The notes under the pieces are model-generated. The model saw only the letters and a program-made list of their open reading frames with translations. It was not told the DNA's origin and did not search any database. A stretch of 64,000 bases of DNA from Azolla caroliniana (lineage: Eukaryota > Plantae > Polypodiophyta), in NCBI GenBank assembly GCA_043228905.1, contig JBHGNT010000006.1, forward strand, positions 19,034,001 through 19,098,000, given 5' to 3'. Made by a program: the position numbers and the translations under genes. Positions 10,596-24,033 of this stretch are shown here, one piece after another. Numbering within the stretch: the stretch's first letter is position 1; every line of letters starts with the position of its first letter.

Positions 10596-13500
10596 TGTTG
10601 GGATTTCGGTCCCTCCGGATGGGATGTCCGGAGATGAATGACGGCAAGCCCGGAGGCTGTTACGGAACCGTATGATGAAGAGTACCCGGCATGAAGCCGG
10701 ATGAAGAGTACCCGGCTGCGGATCCGGATGATGAAGACCCCGGTTACGGAGCCGGATGCTGAAGACCCCGGTTACGGAGCCGGATGACGTATGAACCCGG
10801 AGAGAGATCCGGATGCGGGGACATATTTGTGAATATGTTTGCCAAGGGCCCTTGAGGCTATATTTGTAAATAGCCCGAAAGTCATATGTGTATAAATATG
10901 ACTTAGGGCAAACTGCTGTTGATGTTGTTGCTTATTTTTCTGTTTTCCACTTAGAGAGAGTGAAGAGAGCAGCCGAGAGAGAGAGAGAGAGAGAGAGAGA
11001 CGAGGAGGTCGTTGCCTCTGTGTATTACCGCCGCCTGTGGTGAAGACAGTGAGCTCAAGGTTGTTGCCTTGAAGCTTCACCATTGTACATCTCTGTTCAT
11101 AGTGATAGTTGGAGCAGGAGGACTCCCGTGGTTTTTCCCATTTAGGGTTTTCCACGTAAAATATCCTGTGTACTCTTCTCTCTATTGTCTTCGTGTACTT
11201 TGTATTTCCTATTTTCTGGAAGTTGATCCTATTCCTCGGTTGTGGCCGAGCACCGTGTGCAACAAGTGGTATCAGAGCGACGGCAGTGCAGAAAATGGAA
11301 GGCGGCAGCAGCGGGCAGCCGGGAATGATGGTGCTGAATGCGCAGAACTACGCCGACTGGAAGATCAAGATGGAGGATCTTTTGATTGTTCGGGACCTGT
11401 ACGAACCGATTGACAGGTCGGAAATACCGAAGGGGGTACTTGAGACGGAATGGAGGCTTCTGAACCGGAAAGCCGTTGCAACCATTCGGCAATACGTCGA
11501 TGTGAGCGTTCTACAACATGTGGCGAACGACACCAACGCATACGAGATGTGGCGGAAGCTGTCGGGCCTCTACGAGAGGAAGAATGCGTTGAACCGGACC
11601 TCCCTGATGAGGAAAATAGTGAACCTCAAGTACCGCGACGGCGAGAGTATAGTGGAACACGTAAGCACGTTCATGGGATTCGTGAACCAGCTTGCGGCGA
11701 TCAAGTTCCCGTTGGAGGATGCAATGCAAGCCATCATCCTGATGTGTACATTGCCGGAAAGCTGGGAGAACTTGGTGGTGACTCTCAGCACCTCCTGCAC
11801 CGAAGATAACTTGTCTCTACAGACGGTAAAGACAAGTATTTTGAACGAAGAAGCGCGTCGGAGAGATAAAGAACCGGCCTCCGACTCGAAGGCGCTGCTT
11901 ACCGAATCGGAACGGGGAAGACAATGGAACCGGAGTCCGCAAAGACGGGAGAAGTCGGGGACCCGGTCGCAATCAAGAGGAAGACCCACATGCTTCCACT
12001 GTGGGAAGCCGGGGCACTTCCGGAAGAATTGTCGGCATTACCGAAAAGACAACGGAGCCGACGACACCGATTCGAAGAAGTCACCGGAGAGAAACGGTGC
12101 ATACCGGGGAGCCACGGACCGGAGAGGTCCGGATCGGCGAGGGCAGGACCGGAAAGGAACAACGGCACTCGCGGCAAGTGAAGAAGAGATAATGTTCATT
12201 ACCGAAGAGACAGAGCTGAACCTTGCCGGTGAAGAGATGACCTGGGTGGTCGATTCCGGAGCGTCGTTCCACCTGACCCCGGAGAAGAAATACTTCTCAT
12301 CCTACACAGCCGGTGAGCATGGCTGTGTTCGGATGGGAAATGAAGGTACGTGCCGGATTGCCGGCATAGGAGACGTGTGGCTGATGACATCAACCGGATG
12401 CAAGATGCTGCTGAAGGATGTTCGACACGTTCCGGAGGTTCGATTGAACCTGATTTCGGCCGGGAGGCTAGATGATGAAGGCTACACAGGTAGCATCCGG
12501 AACGGGGTAATGAAGTTCAGCAAGGGGAGCCTGATAGTGGCTCGGGCCCGGAAGATCAACACACTGTACCTGATGAATTCCCGGCTATGTCCGGAGGAGC
12601 TGAACGTGGCAGCCGATACTGCCGGTGTGTTGTGGCACAAGAGACTGTGTCACATGAGTGAGAAGGGGATGAAGAGGCTTGCAGAAGACAACCTCATTCC
12701 AGTGAAGCATGTGCACCTGGAGAAGTGCACCGATTGCCTGGCCGGTAAGCAGAACCGAACCTCCTTCCACTCAAGGCCACCGACGAGACGTAGCGCACCA
12801 CTGGAGTTGGTGCACACTGACGTGTGTCAAGTAGAAACGAAGTCACATGGCGGAGCCCAGTACTTCGTGACATTCATTGATGATCACAGCCGGAAGCTGT
12901 GGACGGCACCGCTGAAGACAAAGGACCAAGTATTGTCCGTCTTCAAAGAACTCCACGCGAGAGTGGAAAGAGAATCCGGCAAGAAGCTGAAAGCGATACG
13001 AGCGGATAACGGAGGGGAATACCGGGGGCAGTTTGAGGAGTACTGTCGCTCGAAGGGAATCCGGCTCGAGTTTACTGTGCCGAAGACGCCGGAACTGAAC
13101 GGGCTGGCCGAGAGGATGAACCGGACCATAATGGAGAGGGTCCGGAGTATGCTGGCGCATGCGAAATTACCCAAGGGGTTTTGGGCTGAGGCAATGTCGA
13201 CGGCGACATATGTGATAAATAGATCACCCTCAGTACCTTTGGACGGAGACACGCCGCAGAAAGTGTGGACCGGTAAGGAAGTGTCCTACCGGCACCTGAA
13301 GGTGTTCGGGTGTCTCGCATACGTGCATGTGGCAAAGGACCGGAGAGGAAAGTTAGATCCAAAGACCCGGCCATGCATATTCCTCGGTTACGGCGACGAC
13401 GAGTTCGGCTACCGAGTATGGGACCCGGTCGACAAGAAGATATTCAGGAGTCGAGATATCATCTTCATGGAGGACAAGACACTCGCCGACTGGGAGTCGG

Positions 13501-16073
13501 ATAAGAAGATGAAGAGCTCCAAGTCGACCGGTGAGGATAAACTCTACGAGGAGCAGTCCCGACCGGTAAGGGACCGGTTAGCACTCGAGGATCCGGCCGA
13601 AGACGGTGAAGAAACAGAACCGGCCGAAGAAGATGAAAATGATACCGGAACCGGCCCCGATCCAGAAACGGATTCGGACGAAGAAGAATCGGAAGAACCG
13701 GTTACCGAAGCTCCGGAACGGAGATATCCTCTAAGAGAGAGAAGGGCCCCCCGGAGATTTCCGGAACCAGAGCACGTGCTGCTAACCGACGAGGGGGAGC
13801 CGGAGAGCTTTGAAGAAGCGAAGCATGACACCCATAGCCGCAGGTGGTTAAGTGCCATGCAGGAGGAGATGGATTCCCTGCATGAGAACCACACATATGA
13901 ACTTGTGGAGTTGCCGAAAGGAAAACGGGCACTCCGTAACAAGTGGGTGTTCAAACTGAAACCGGGAGATGCCGGAAACCCCCCAAGATACAAAGCCAGG
14001 ATCGTGGTGAAGGGGTTCCAACAGAAGAAGGGCATCGACTTCGACGAGATATTTGCCCCGGTAGTGAAGATGACCTCCATCCGGACGGTGCTGAGCATAG
14101 CGGCAAGCGTGGACCTCGAGGTAGAACAGATGGACGTGAAGACGGCATTCCTTCACGGTGACCTCGAAGAAGAGATCTACATGCAGCAACCGGAAGGATT
14201 CGAGAAGAAAGGGAAGGAGCACCTGGTATGCCGGTTGAAGAAGAGCCTTTACGGACTGAAGCAGGCTCCCCGGCAATGGTACCGGAAGTTCGACTCGTTC
14301 ATGACAGACGAAGGGTACCACAAAACGCAGTCCGATCACTGCGTGTTTGTGAAGAAGTTCGAAGGAGGAGACTTTCTAATACTTCTCCTGTACGTGGACG
14401 ACATGTTGATCGTCGGACGGGACCAGGTCAAGATACGGATGCTGAAGAAGGCTCTTCACCGAACCTTCTCAATGAAGGACTTGAGTCCGGCGAGGCAAAT
14501 ACTAGGGATGCACATCATCCGCGACCGGAAGAAGAAGCAGTTGTGGCTGTCACAGGAGAAGTACGTGACAAAGGTGCTTCAACGGTTCAACATGTCGGAA
14601 GCAAGACCGGTCGGATCGACCCTCCCGGCAAACTGCAAGTTGTCCAACAAGCAAAGCCCTAAGACAAAGGCTGAGAAGGAGGACATGGTGAAAGTACCAT
14701 ATGCCTCTGCCGTCGGAAGCTTGATGTACGCAATGGTGTGTACAAGACCGGACATAGGATATGCAGTCGGAGTGGTGAGCCGGTACATGAGCAATCCCGG
14801 CAAAGAGCACTGGAACGCGGTCAAGTGGATACTCCGATACCTGAAGGGCACGGCAAACGTGTGCCTCCGATTCGGCTCCGGTAAGCCCGAACTCGACGGC
14901 TTTACCGATTCGGATATGTCGGCTGATGCAGACACCAGCCGGTCCACATCAGGGTATGTGATGACGTATGCAGGTAGAGCTGTTTCGTGGCAGTCGAGGC
15001 TGCAGAAGACGGTTGCGCTGTCAACCACGGAGGCGGAGTACATGGCGGCTGTTGAAGCCGGCAAGGAAATAATATGGATGAAGGACTTCATTAGAGAGCT
15101 CGGTATCCGGCAGGAGGAGTACCGACTCTACTGCGACAGTTAGAGTGCCATCCACCTTGCGAAGAACGCGGCCTACCATTCCCGGACGAAACACATCCAG
15201 CGTAGATACCACTGGATCCGGGAAAGGATAGAAGACAAGGAGTTCGTGCTGACGAAGATCCACACGGACGAGAACGGGTCGGATATGCTGACCAAGGTGC
15301 TCACACCCGACAAGCTGGAAACATGCCGGAAGAGGATCGGGTTGGAGAGACATCCCATGCCGAAGTGAAGGGGGAGTTTGTTGGGATTTCGGTCCCTCCG
15401 GATGGGATGTCCGGAGATGAATGACGGCAAGCCCAGAGGCTGTTACGGAACCGTATGATGAAGAGTACCCGGCATGAAGCCGGATGAAGAGTACCCGGCT
15501 GCGGATCCGGATGATGAAGACCCCGGTTACGGAGCCGGATGCTGAAGACCCCGGTTACGGAGCCGGATGCTGAAGACCCCGGTTACGGAGCCGGATGACG
15601 TATGAACCCGGAGAGAGATCCGGATGCGGGGACATATTTGTGAATATGTTTGCCAAGGGCCCTTGAGGCTATATTTGTAAATAGCCCGAAAGTCATATGT
15701 GTATAAATATGACTTAGGGCAAACTGCTGTTGATGTTGTTGCTTATTTTTCTGTTTTCCACTTAGAGAGAGTGAAGAGAGCAGCCGAGAGAGAGAGAGAG
15801 AGAGAGAGACGAGGAGGTTGTTGCCTCTGTGTATTACCGCCGCCTGTGGTGAAGACAGTGAGCTCAAGGTTGTTGCCTTGAAGCTTCACCATTGTACATC
15901 TCTGTTCATAGTGATAGTTGGAGCAGGAGGACTCCCGTGGTTTTTCCCATTTAGGGTTTTCCACGTAAAATATCCTGTGTACTCTTCTCTCTATTGTCTT
16001 CGTGTACTTTGTATTTCCTATTTTCTGGAAGTTGATCCTATTCCTCGGTTGTGGCCGAGCACCGTGTGCAACA
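10596..16073 (+). mobile_element. Full-length Ty1/copia element B, young and related to A
   Basis: TSD GTTTG (10591-10595, 16074-16078); LTRs 10596-11264 and 15379-16073; PBS TGGTATCAGAGC at 11267-11278; PPT GAAGGGGGAG at about 15367-15376. Confidence 0.97.
11295..15368 (+). pseudogene. pol: Copia B gag-pol polyprotein with a single premature stop in RNase H
   Basis: Open from MEGGSS through gag, PR, INT and RT. TAG at 15141-15143 replaces the Q of YCDSQSAIHL, and the same frame continues (SAIHLAKNAAYHSRTKHI...DMLTK) to TGA at 15368. Confidence 0.93.
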
Positions 16074-16323
16074 GTTTGCCCTAGGTCATATTTATATTGA
16101 TGTGACATTAGGACTATTTATAGATATAGCCCCAATGGACTCTCAGAAACATATTTCCATATATGTCCCTTCATCCGGTTAGAGGTTCTCACCGGGCCTG
16201 CGTCATCCAGTTCTCACCGGGTCTTCCTTGCCATGTACTCATCATCCGGTTCTCACCGGGTCTGCATCATCTGGTTCTCATTGGGTCTTCATCATCCCAT
16301 CCGGAGGGACCGAGATCCTAACA

Positions 16324-17818
16324 TGTACACTCGGCAACTGGCCGACGAGTCTAGGATTTATCTGATCCTATACATCGACGACATGTTGATTGCAGGAAGC
16401 AATCAAGCAGAGATCGGAAAGCTGAAGTGGAGCCTTCATGAGAAGTTCGCGATGAAGGAACTCGGACAAGCCCGTCACATATTAGGCATGAGGATCGAGC
16501 GAAATCAGACAACCAAGACTCTCTCTAACTCTCCCAATCGGAATATATCCGGAAGGTGCTGAAGTGCTTCAATATGGAGAATGTGAAGCCAGCACCAACA
16601 CCGCTTCCAACGTCGATCAGACTATCGGACAAAGACTCTCCTGCAATAGACAAGGAGAGAGAGCTTAATGGAAAGATGCCCTACGCATCGGCTGTAGGAA
16701 GTATCATGTACGCATGTTGGGACCCAACCTAGTCCATGCCGTAGGGGTGGTCATCCAGTACATTTCAAACCCAAGACGGAAGCATTGGGAGACTATCAAG
16801 CACATCCTTAGGTATCTGAAAGGAACATTGGATGCACAACTAACTTTCGAACTGACAACCTCAACCAAAGTTGAAGGCTACACTGATTCCGACTATGCCG
16901 AGAACATGGACAATCGGAAATCGACATCAGGTTACATCTTCACCTATGGTGGTGGTGCGATATCATGGAGGTTGAAACTTCAAGAGTGCACGGCTCTGTC
17001 GACCACAAAAGCTGAGTACATAGCAACATCAGAGGCAGCGAAGGAAGCGATCTGGCTGCATTGACTATCTGCCGACTTCTCAGCTATAAGCCAAACCGAT
17101 TGACCTACGCCAACCATCTATTGCGACTCACAAAGCGCAATACACCTCATTAACAATCTTTTCTATCACGCAAAGACAAAGCACATTGAGGTGCAGTATC
17201 ATCACATCCGGGAGCTCACAACTGAGAAGAAACTCGAGATACGGAAGATTGACACCGAGGTGAACATCGTTGATTGCTTGACAAAGCCACTCCCAGATCA
17301 ACGCTTCGGAGCACTAAGGACAAAGATGGGACTACGACAAGCGACCAAGTAGAAGAAAGTCGAACGAGAAGCAAAAGGTAAGAGTCAACCGAATCAATCA
17401 TGATAATGAGCCATGCTAAGCACGACATGGACCTCACCTATTCCAACTCAACTATATGCCGACCAACTTGTAACATAAATTTAGATTAGTGTTGTAATCT
17501 AGGTTTACGGGGGAGCTCAAACAACCCCAAACTTTTGCGTATATAAGAAAGAGTGGTCCTTTTTATCGAGGGAGTTTGTTGGCATAAAAGGCCAACTACT
17601 TCCCCTTTGTATCATAGTGTGAACTCGTCCACATAGTTAGGGCTTAGAATATATAAGCAATAACCTAACGTTGTAAAGTGACGATCTTCTTGATAAAATA
17701 TCATATATCGAGTCTCTGAGAGAGATATACAGAGAACGTAATATAGCTTCCATTAAAGCTTCAATCTGTGTATATCTTAGCTTCTCTTTCTGTGTTGTTT
17801 TCTGAGTACTAACTAACA
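16324..17818 (+). mobile_element. Old copia fragment C (RT end, RNase H, probable 3' LTR at about 17577-17818)
   Basis: LYIDDML, GYTDSDYA, RKSTSGY and ALSTTKAEY; GAGGGAGTT before TGTTG...TAACA. Confidence 0.75.
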
Positions 17819-18583
17819 CACTTACCCTTCAAGGAGTTGGAGGAAGAGAGGCTACTAAGATGGCAACAGTTATCCGGCTCATTTACCGGAGTTCTTCACT
17901 GAGCACACAGGGCTCGTAGAGCCTATATCTGATCTGGCACTGTCTGGAAAGGGTTTAGGAAAGAGCAACACCTCTGGACACCACAGACAAGATACAAATA
18001 TCGACGCAATCACCGAGAGACAGAAATAATGGACACGGACAGAGAGACCGGCTACATCAAAACCCAATAATCAATGAAGGCAAAAATCGAATACACAGAG
18101 TTGGCTTTCAGCCGGCTAGTAGAGCTTTGAGCTCTGGGGACACACACAAGACAGTGAACCTCTAGTCTGGAGCACTCAGGCTTCCTACACGAACAGAGGC
18201 CTCACTCTACCTCACCGAATGCACAGAACAGAAAACCAAAGTTTGACAGTGCAAACTGGCAACACCTTCCCCTCCAAAATGATCGACCCTTCTCTCAATG
18301 CCCCTTCCCTCCTTTTATAGCACAAGGAGAGGTTGTTACATCTATAGTAAAGACAACCATTTTTATCAAAGATTCTCCCCCACGATTTTCTGTTTTCACA
18401 CATTTTTATTCCCCTCTTTCGAGGGATCATAAAGTACCTATTTAACACTCCCTACCTTGTACTTAATTATACTTTGAAATTTACATTCTTTGTACATTAG
18501 GCCGAGTTCATGTGCATACTTGCACACCCGTGTTCACATGCATCCGGCGACTTTTCCTCTAGTAGTCGGAATCCTCCACGACA
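17819..18583 (-). mobile_element. Probable LTR fragment starting TGTCGTG
   Basis: Ends CACGACA at 18583, exactly where copia RT homology begins; minus-strand TATAAAAG near 18312-18319. Left boundary uncertain. Confidence 0.45.
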
Positions 18584-19167
18584 CCAGCAAAGCCGATTTT
18601 GGGAATGCACATTGTCCGGGATAGGACAAAGAAGTTGTTGTGGCTGTCACAAGAGAAATATGTGACAAAGGTGCTCTAGAGGTTCAACATGTAGAATGCG
18701 AAGCTGGTTGGCTCAACATTGCCGATAGGCTACAAGCTATCCAAAAACCCATGTCCGAAGACGAAAGCTGGGAAAACTGAGATGAACAAGATCTTGTATG
18801 CCTCAACAATTGAAAGTCTAATGTACATGAAATGGTTTGCACTAGGCTGGACAATGTGTATGTTGTCGGAGTAGTCAGTCGATTTATGAGTAATCCCAGC
18901 AAGGAGCATTGGGTTGTAGCCAAGTGGATACTTCGGTACATAAGAGGGACATCAAGCATGTTTCTCTAATTCGGCTCGGTAACCCCGTACAAGAAAGGTT
19001 CATGGATTCTGACACGTCATCTGATGCAAATTCCAGTCAGTCCACGTTCGGATACGTGATGATGTTGCAAGGGGAGCCGTCTCACGACAGTTGAGGTTGC
19101 AAAAGGTTGTGGTTCTATCGACCACAGAAGCAGAGTATATGGTTGTTGTCGAAGTCGGCAAGGAAAT
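18584..19167 (+). pseudogene. Copia RT/RNase H fragment D (A/B family)
   Basis: Nucleotide similarity to 14490-15070, with many stops. Confidence 0.8.
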
Positions 19168-22100
19168 TGTTGAGCGGAAAGCTCAACCGGATCCGGATCG
19201 GCTGAATAAGCCTGAGCCGGATCGGTGACCCAGTGAGCAAGTAAGCCGGTGAGCTAGGGAGCCGGTTAGCCGGATCCATCAGTAATTGGAAGCCTAGTAG
19301 TAGCTAGACTACTAGGGAGTTAATAGCCTCGTAGTCAGTGCCAAACGCTCGAGTGAGCATTAAAGTACGCGGTACTTCTGTCAGTCCTCTCAGGACTTGT
19401 ATAAATAATGTTGTTGAGCACGTTTCATGTAAAGAGAACTATTATTGTTTTGCAATAGATTTAATTGTTTTGCTCTCTCTGTCTCTCCCGAGTACTCTCT
19501 ATATTCTGAGTATTATTCTCTTTCTCTCTGTTGCTACGCGGCCAAGCTGTTGTCTTACACTTCCACACATACGTTTTAACATGGTATCAGAGCGCGAGGG
19601 TTGAAGACCTCTACAGCCAACATTTTCTTTCGCAAGAAAAACCCTACAGGTTGTGAGAATAGAACAGTAGATAGAGGAAAAATATGGACAGAGACATGGC
19701 GAGTTCACTTCCTACGGAGAAGCTCGACCAGAGCAACTACACGTCTTGGTCATACAAAATGCACCAGTACCTACTAGGGCATGGGTATTGGAGTTTTGTG
19801 GAAGGAACAAATGAGGTAGCACAAGAGCTTGGTCACAAGGACTTCCCGGTATGGGAGCAAGGAGCGAGCCGAGTATTATACTGCCTCACGTCCAGTGTGC
19901 ACGACCAGATGCTCGGTTACATCAGAGATGCAAAGATGCCAAAGGAGGCCTGGGAAAATCTACATAAGATTTTCGCCGCAAGTACCACAGCTCGTAAGTT
20001 GTAGCTCTGGCAAGAGTTGAACAACATCCGACAAAGAGATATGTCGGTTACGGACTACACCACCAAAATAAAGGAAATTTGCGACGCGCTTAGGTCCATC
20101 AACATGACGGTGGACGAAGATGAAATGGTACAAATCTGCCTTGGTGGTCTAGCGCAAAGGTATGGGCCAATCCGGACAGCAATCTGCACCCAGGAGAAAC
20201 CATCGACCTTCTTCGACTTGCAATTGATGCTAATGGTCGAAGAAAACTACGCGAGTGGGTCTAGGACCACTCAACCGGACAACCGGATGTTGTACACGGA
20301 GGCAAATAGGCCCCGTGGGCGTGGGGGACGAGGTAGATCGGCACGCACTGGAGGCAACCAGCAAGAACAGGAAAGAAGGCACAGAGAACGTGCCGACAGC
20401 AGTTTCGGGACTTCCACAAGCAGGGGGAGTCAAGGCGGCACCGGAGGCTGGAAAGATAAATCCACCACGGAATGTTGGTACTGTGGCAAAAAGGGCCACA
20501 GAGAAAGTGAGTGCTGGAAGAAGCGCGCCGATTCGGATAGATCTGGATCCGGCAAAACCGGTCGAGAGAACCGACAAAGCTCGCACTACGCACAAGGATA
20601 CGGAACCGGGAAGACCGGTAAGGGGCCAGCCTTGGTGATGAAGCACGAAGCAAATTCGATGAAGAAGACCACTTCCAAATCGGAGGAAGTATGGTATGTT
20701 GATTCTGGTGCGTCGAACCACATGACAAGCCATGAAGAGTGGTTCTCTTATCGGGAGAAACCGGAACAACCGGGAGTTGTCGAAACCGGAGACGACACTC
20801 CACACCCAATCATGCATATCGAAGAAGTCCCTTTGAGCCACGTCGAACAGAGGGGGAAGCTGATGAACTTATTACACGTTCTGACTATCACGAAGAACCT
20901 GGTGTCGATTGGACAGATTATCGACCAAGGAATGCATGTGCGGTTTACACACCTAGGGCCAAGTTATTGCGCAAGTGCGCAGAGACGGGAGGATGTTCAT
21001 CCTCGACACCAATGGCGTCGGCACTGCTTTGTTCGCCAAAGGACAGAAGGTCGAATCGGACATCGACCTGTGGCACAAGCGGATCAGCCACATCAATTAC
21101 CGAAGGCTTCAAGACCTGCAAACGAAACAAGTTGTTTTCGGTTTGCTGAAGTTCAGAGGCCGGAAGGCCCAAATATGTGAAGTCTGCCAACTCGAGAAGC
21201 AACACTGGCTTCCATTCCCCACCGAACGAAACCATAGCCGTAACAAGCTCGACCTTATTCATTCGGATGTATGGGGACCGGCACAAAACGTGAGTCTTGG
21301 CGGGAGTCGATATTTCGTCTCCTTCATCGACGACTACAGCCGGCCGGCACACATGGATCTACCTCATTGAGCGGAAGAGTGAAGTCTTTGATTGTTTCCG
21401 GAACCTCCAAAGCATGGTGGAGCGGGAATCAGAGAGGAAGATCAAGTGCCTATGGTCGGATGCCGGAAAAGAATATTTTTCCGGCCAATTCAATAGTTAT
21501 CTGCATCAAACAAGAATTCGGAGAGAGTTCAGCTGCAGATACACACCGGAATAGAACGGTGTAGCGAGAAGAAGAACCACTCGCTTATCGACACAGCAAG
21601 GGCGATGTTGGGGGAGAAGAGCATGCCCTATTTCTACAGGGCAGAGTCGGTCCGGACGGCCGTCTACATCCAAAACCGGATCGGTGACAAGGTGTCCGCG
21701 CATGAGCTATATTTCGGGTGCAAGCCGAATTTGCGACACCTTCGGATATTCGGTAGCATTGCATATGTGCATGTACCGGATGAGAAGCAGACGAAGTTGG
21801 ATGCAAAGTCGGAGAAATGCATCCTAGTTGGTTACTCGCATGAGCAAAAGGGGTATAAATGTTATAACCCCCGGACGAAGCAGGTTCGAGTTAGCCGGGA
21901 TGTTGAGTTTGATGAGACGGCATCATGGTATGCCTTACCGGCTCTGACTTCCGACCCCGACCCGATACCGGAGGATGAGGCTAGTGAGCCTGAACCAGTC
22001 CAGTTAGAAGATGAAGACGTCGGCACTCTAGAAGAGAGTCCGATGTCATTTCGGTTAAGTGGACCGAATGAGCGGCTGAGTCGAGATGACCAGTCGGATG

Positions 22101-23020
22101 AGGAGCCGGCGAGTAGTGGAGACTCTGTCGTGCTCTCCCCACGCAAGGAACCGAGGAGATGGTTCACGCGCAAAGAGAAGGGGAAGATGAAGATGCCAGA
22201 TTATGAAACCGGTAATGATGAGTCGGATCGGAGCGAATCCAACTCCGGAAAAGAAAATGACGGTCCTTCGGCAACGAAGACCGAACCGACCAAGAAGGGC
22301 CTCAAACCGGGTAACGGTGGGTTACGCCGGTCAACCCACCAGAAGGAACCTATTAAGCGATACGGGTACAATGATACAATGGCGCATCACTATCCGTACA
22401 TGACCAAGGTGGTGGAAGTGCGTGAGCCAGAGAGCTATGCAGAAGCGGCAAAGGACACAAATTGGTGTGCCACTATGGAGGAAGAGATGCGGGCACTTGA
22501 TGCCAACGACACATGGGACCTAGTTGACCCTTCCCGTCATTGTAAACCGATCGGATGCAAGTGGGTATAGAAGGTAAAGTACAACACTGACGGTTCAGTT
22601 AACCGGTACAAGGCCCGGTTAGTAGCAAAGGGATACACGCAGACCCACGGAATCGACTACGACGAGACCTTCACTCCGGTAGCGAAGATGACGACAGTTT
22701 GTGTGGTGCTAGCGGTTGCTACGGCAAGGGGGTGGCATCTTCACAAAATGGACGTGAAGAATGCATTTCCTCAAGGTGATCTTGAAGAAGAGGTCTTTAT
22801 GACCCAACCCCCTGGTTTTCAGTCGGAGATGAACGAGCCGACGGTATGCCGGCTGAAGAAGTCACTTTATGGCCTGTAGCAAGCCCCCCGAGCTTGGAAT
22901 GCGAAAATCACACATCGGCTGCGTAAGATGGGGTTTGCGGCCTCCAAGTCTAACTCTTTGTTGTTCATCTGGCAAGGTCCAGACGGTCCGGTATGCATCT
23001 TGTTGTATGTTGATGATCTA
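19168..23020 (+). mobile_element. Ty1/copia element E, truncated at the 3' end in RT
   Basis: 5' LTR 19168-19581 (TGTTG...TAACA); PBS TGGTATCAGAGC at 19582-19593; gag MASSLPTEK, CWYCGKKGHRESEC, WYVDSGAS, INT, and RT ending at LYVDDL. Confidence 0.92.
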
Positions 23021-24033
23021 GACATCCATCTTTTTATACCAAGATATTAAACAAATCTAAGATAATATTTTTATTATTATTGTTTCATATCATGTGAAGA
23101 ACCACACCTGATTTTGTATGTTCCTCGCAATTTCACACCATTGCCGAAAATCTTCACGACATCCACCCCCACCAAACCGCACATCCTCTAGTACGTGCCA
23201 AGAAGAGAGAGTGTGAGATTTTGGCTATGGTGATCAATACGATTCCTCCATAAATCATTGTCGCCACCCAATCCACCATATCATTCGCATTTTCTTTGAT
23301 TTACCATGACCAATTATCATGGCCCCTTGTTCTCCTTCTGAACATAACTGTTTAGGCTTTATGCATGTTCCACCGTTGTCCCGATCATCTCCTTGCTCAA
23401 TGCACTTTGACCCATCGCACATTTTTGTTTTGTGTCTTTCTCCCCAAGCCTTTATCTGAATAATGACATTGACTACCCCATGTAGTATCTTTAAGTGCAT
23501 GACCACTTTGAGATCCTTATGCGACCATGGTCTATATTTCTCACTTTGTCCAGTTTCATGATACATTCTCAAGTTAGAGTTGAAAATCTTCACACTAGTG
23601 TCTTTGCTAGATGTTTTGATCACATTCTTCGGATCCTAATGGCTCCGTTGGCCATCGTCATCCCTTGTCATACTTTGCTCAGAATCTTTGTTGTACGCAT
23701 CAGCTTTTGTCTCTATGCTTACCTTGACCTCTTCTTCCCACAAATCAGTGTCAACCCTTGCTTCTTCGTCGTCATTGTCCTTCTCTTGGATCTTACATCA
23801 GTTAATGCCCAAGTCTCTAGAACGAGTGTGGAGAGATCCATATGTATTTGTCGGCCACTCCCCAACATCGTTATTTGCAGCAGCTTGGACCTTCACTTCC
23901 CCGCCATCATCTTCTGTCTCTTGGGTCTCACGTAGGCTTTGAACCACAACTGCCCAAGTCTCTAGAACATGTGCTAAGGAATCCATTTGTCTTTGTTCAA
24001 TTGCCTTCGACACCTTTGTCTTGATGTCATCTT

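Larger units (their letters stand above)
146..16323 (-). mobile_element. Ty1/copia element A, degenerate; hosts three nested insertions (solo LTR, chromovirus, copia B)
   Basis: Collinear gag (9171-10140), PR/GAG-pre-integrase (2903-3392), INT (to 2086) and RT (146-1597) fragments; PBS at 10154-10165; LTR split into 10169-10595 and 16079-16323. Confidence 0.9.

Noticed and set aside
15141-15143. Programmed stop-codon readthrough in copia B
   Set aside because: The TAG replaces a conserved Gln inside RNase H and lacks a CARYYA context; a simple C>T mutation is more likely.
11229-15430. Numerous antisense and alternate-frame ORFs over the copia coding regions
   Set aside because: Expected shadows of GC-rich coding sequence, with no independent motifs.
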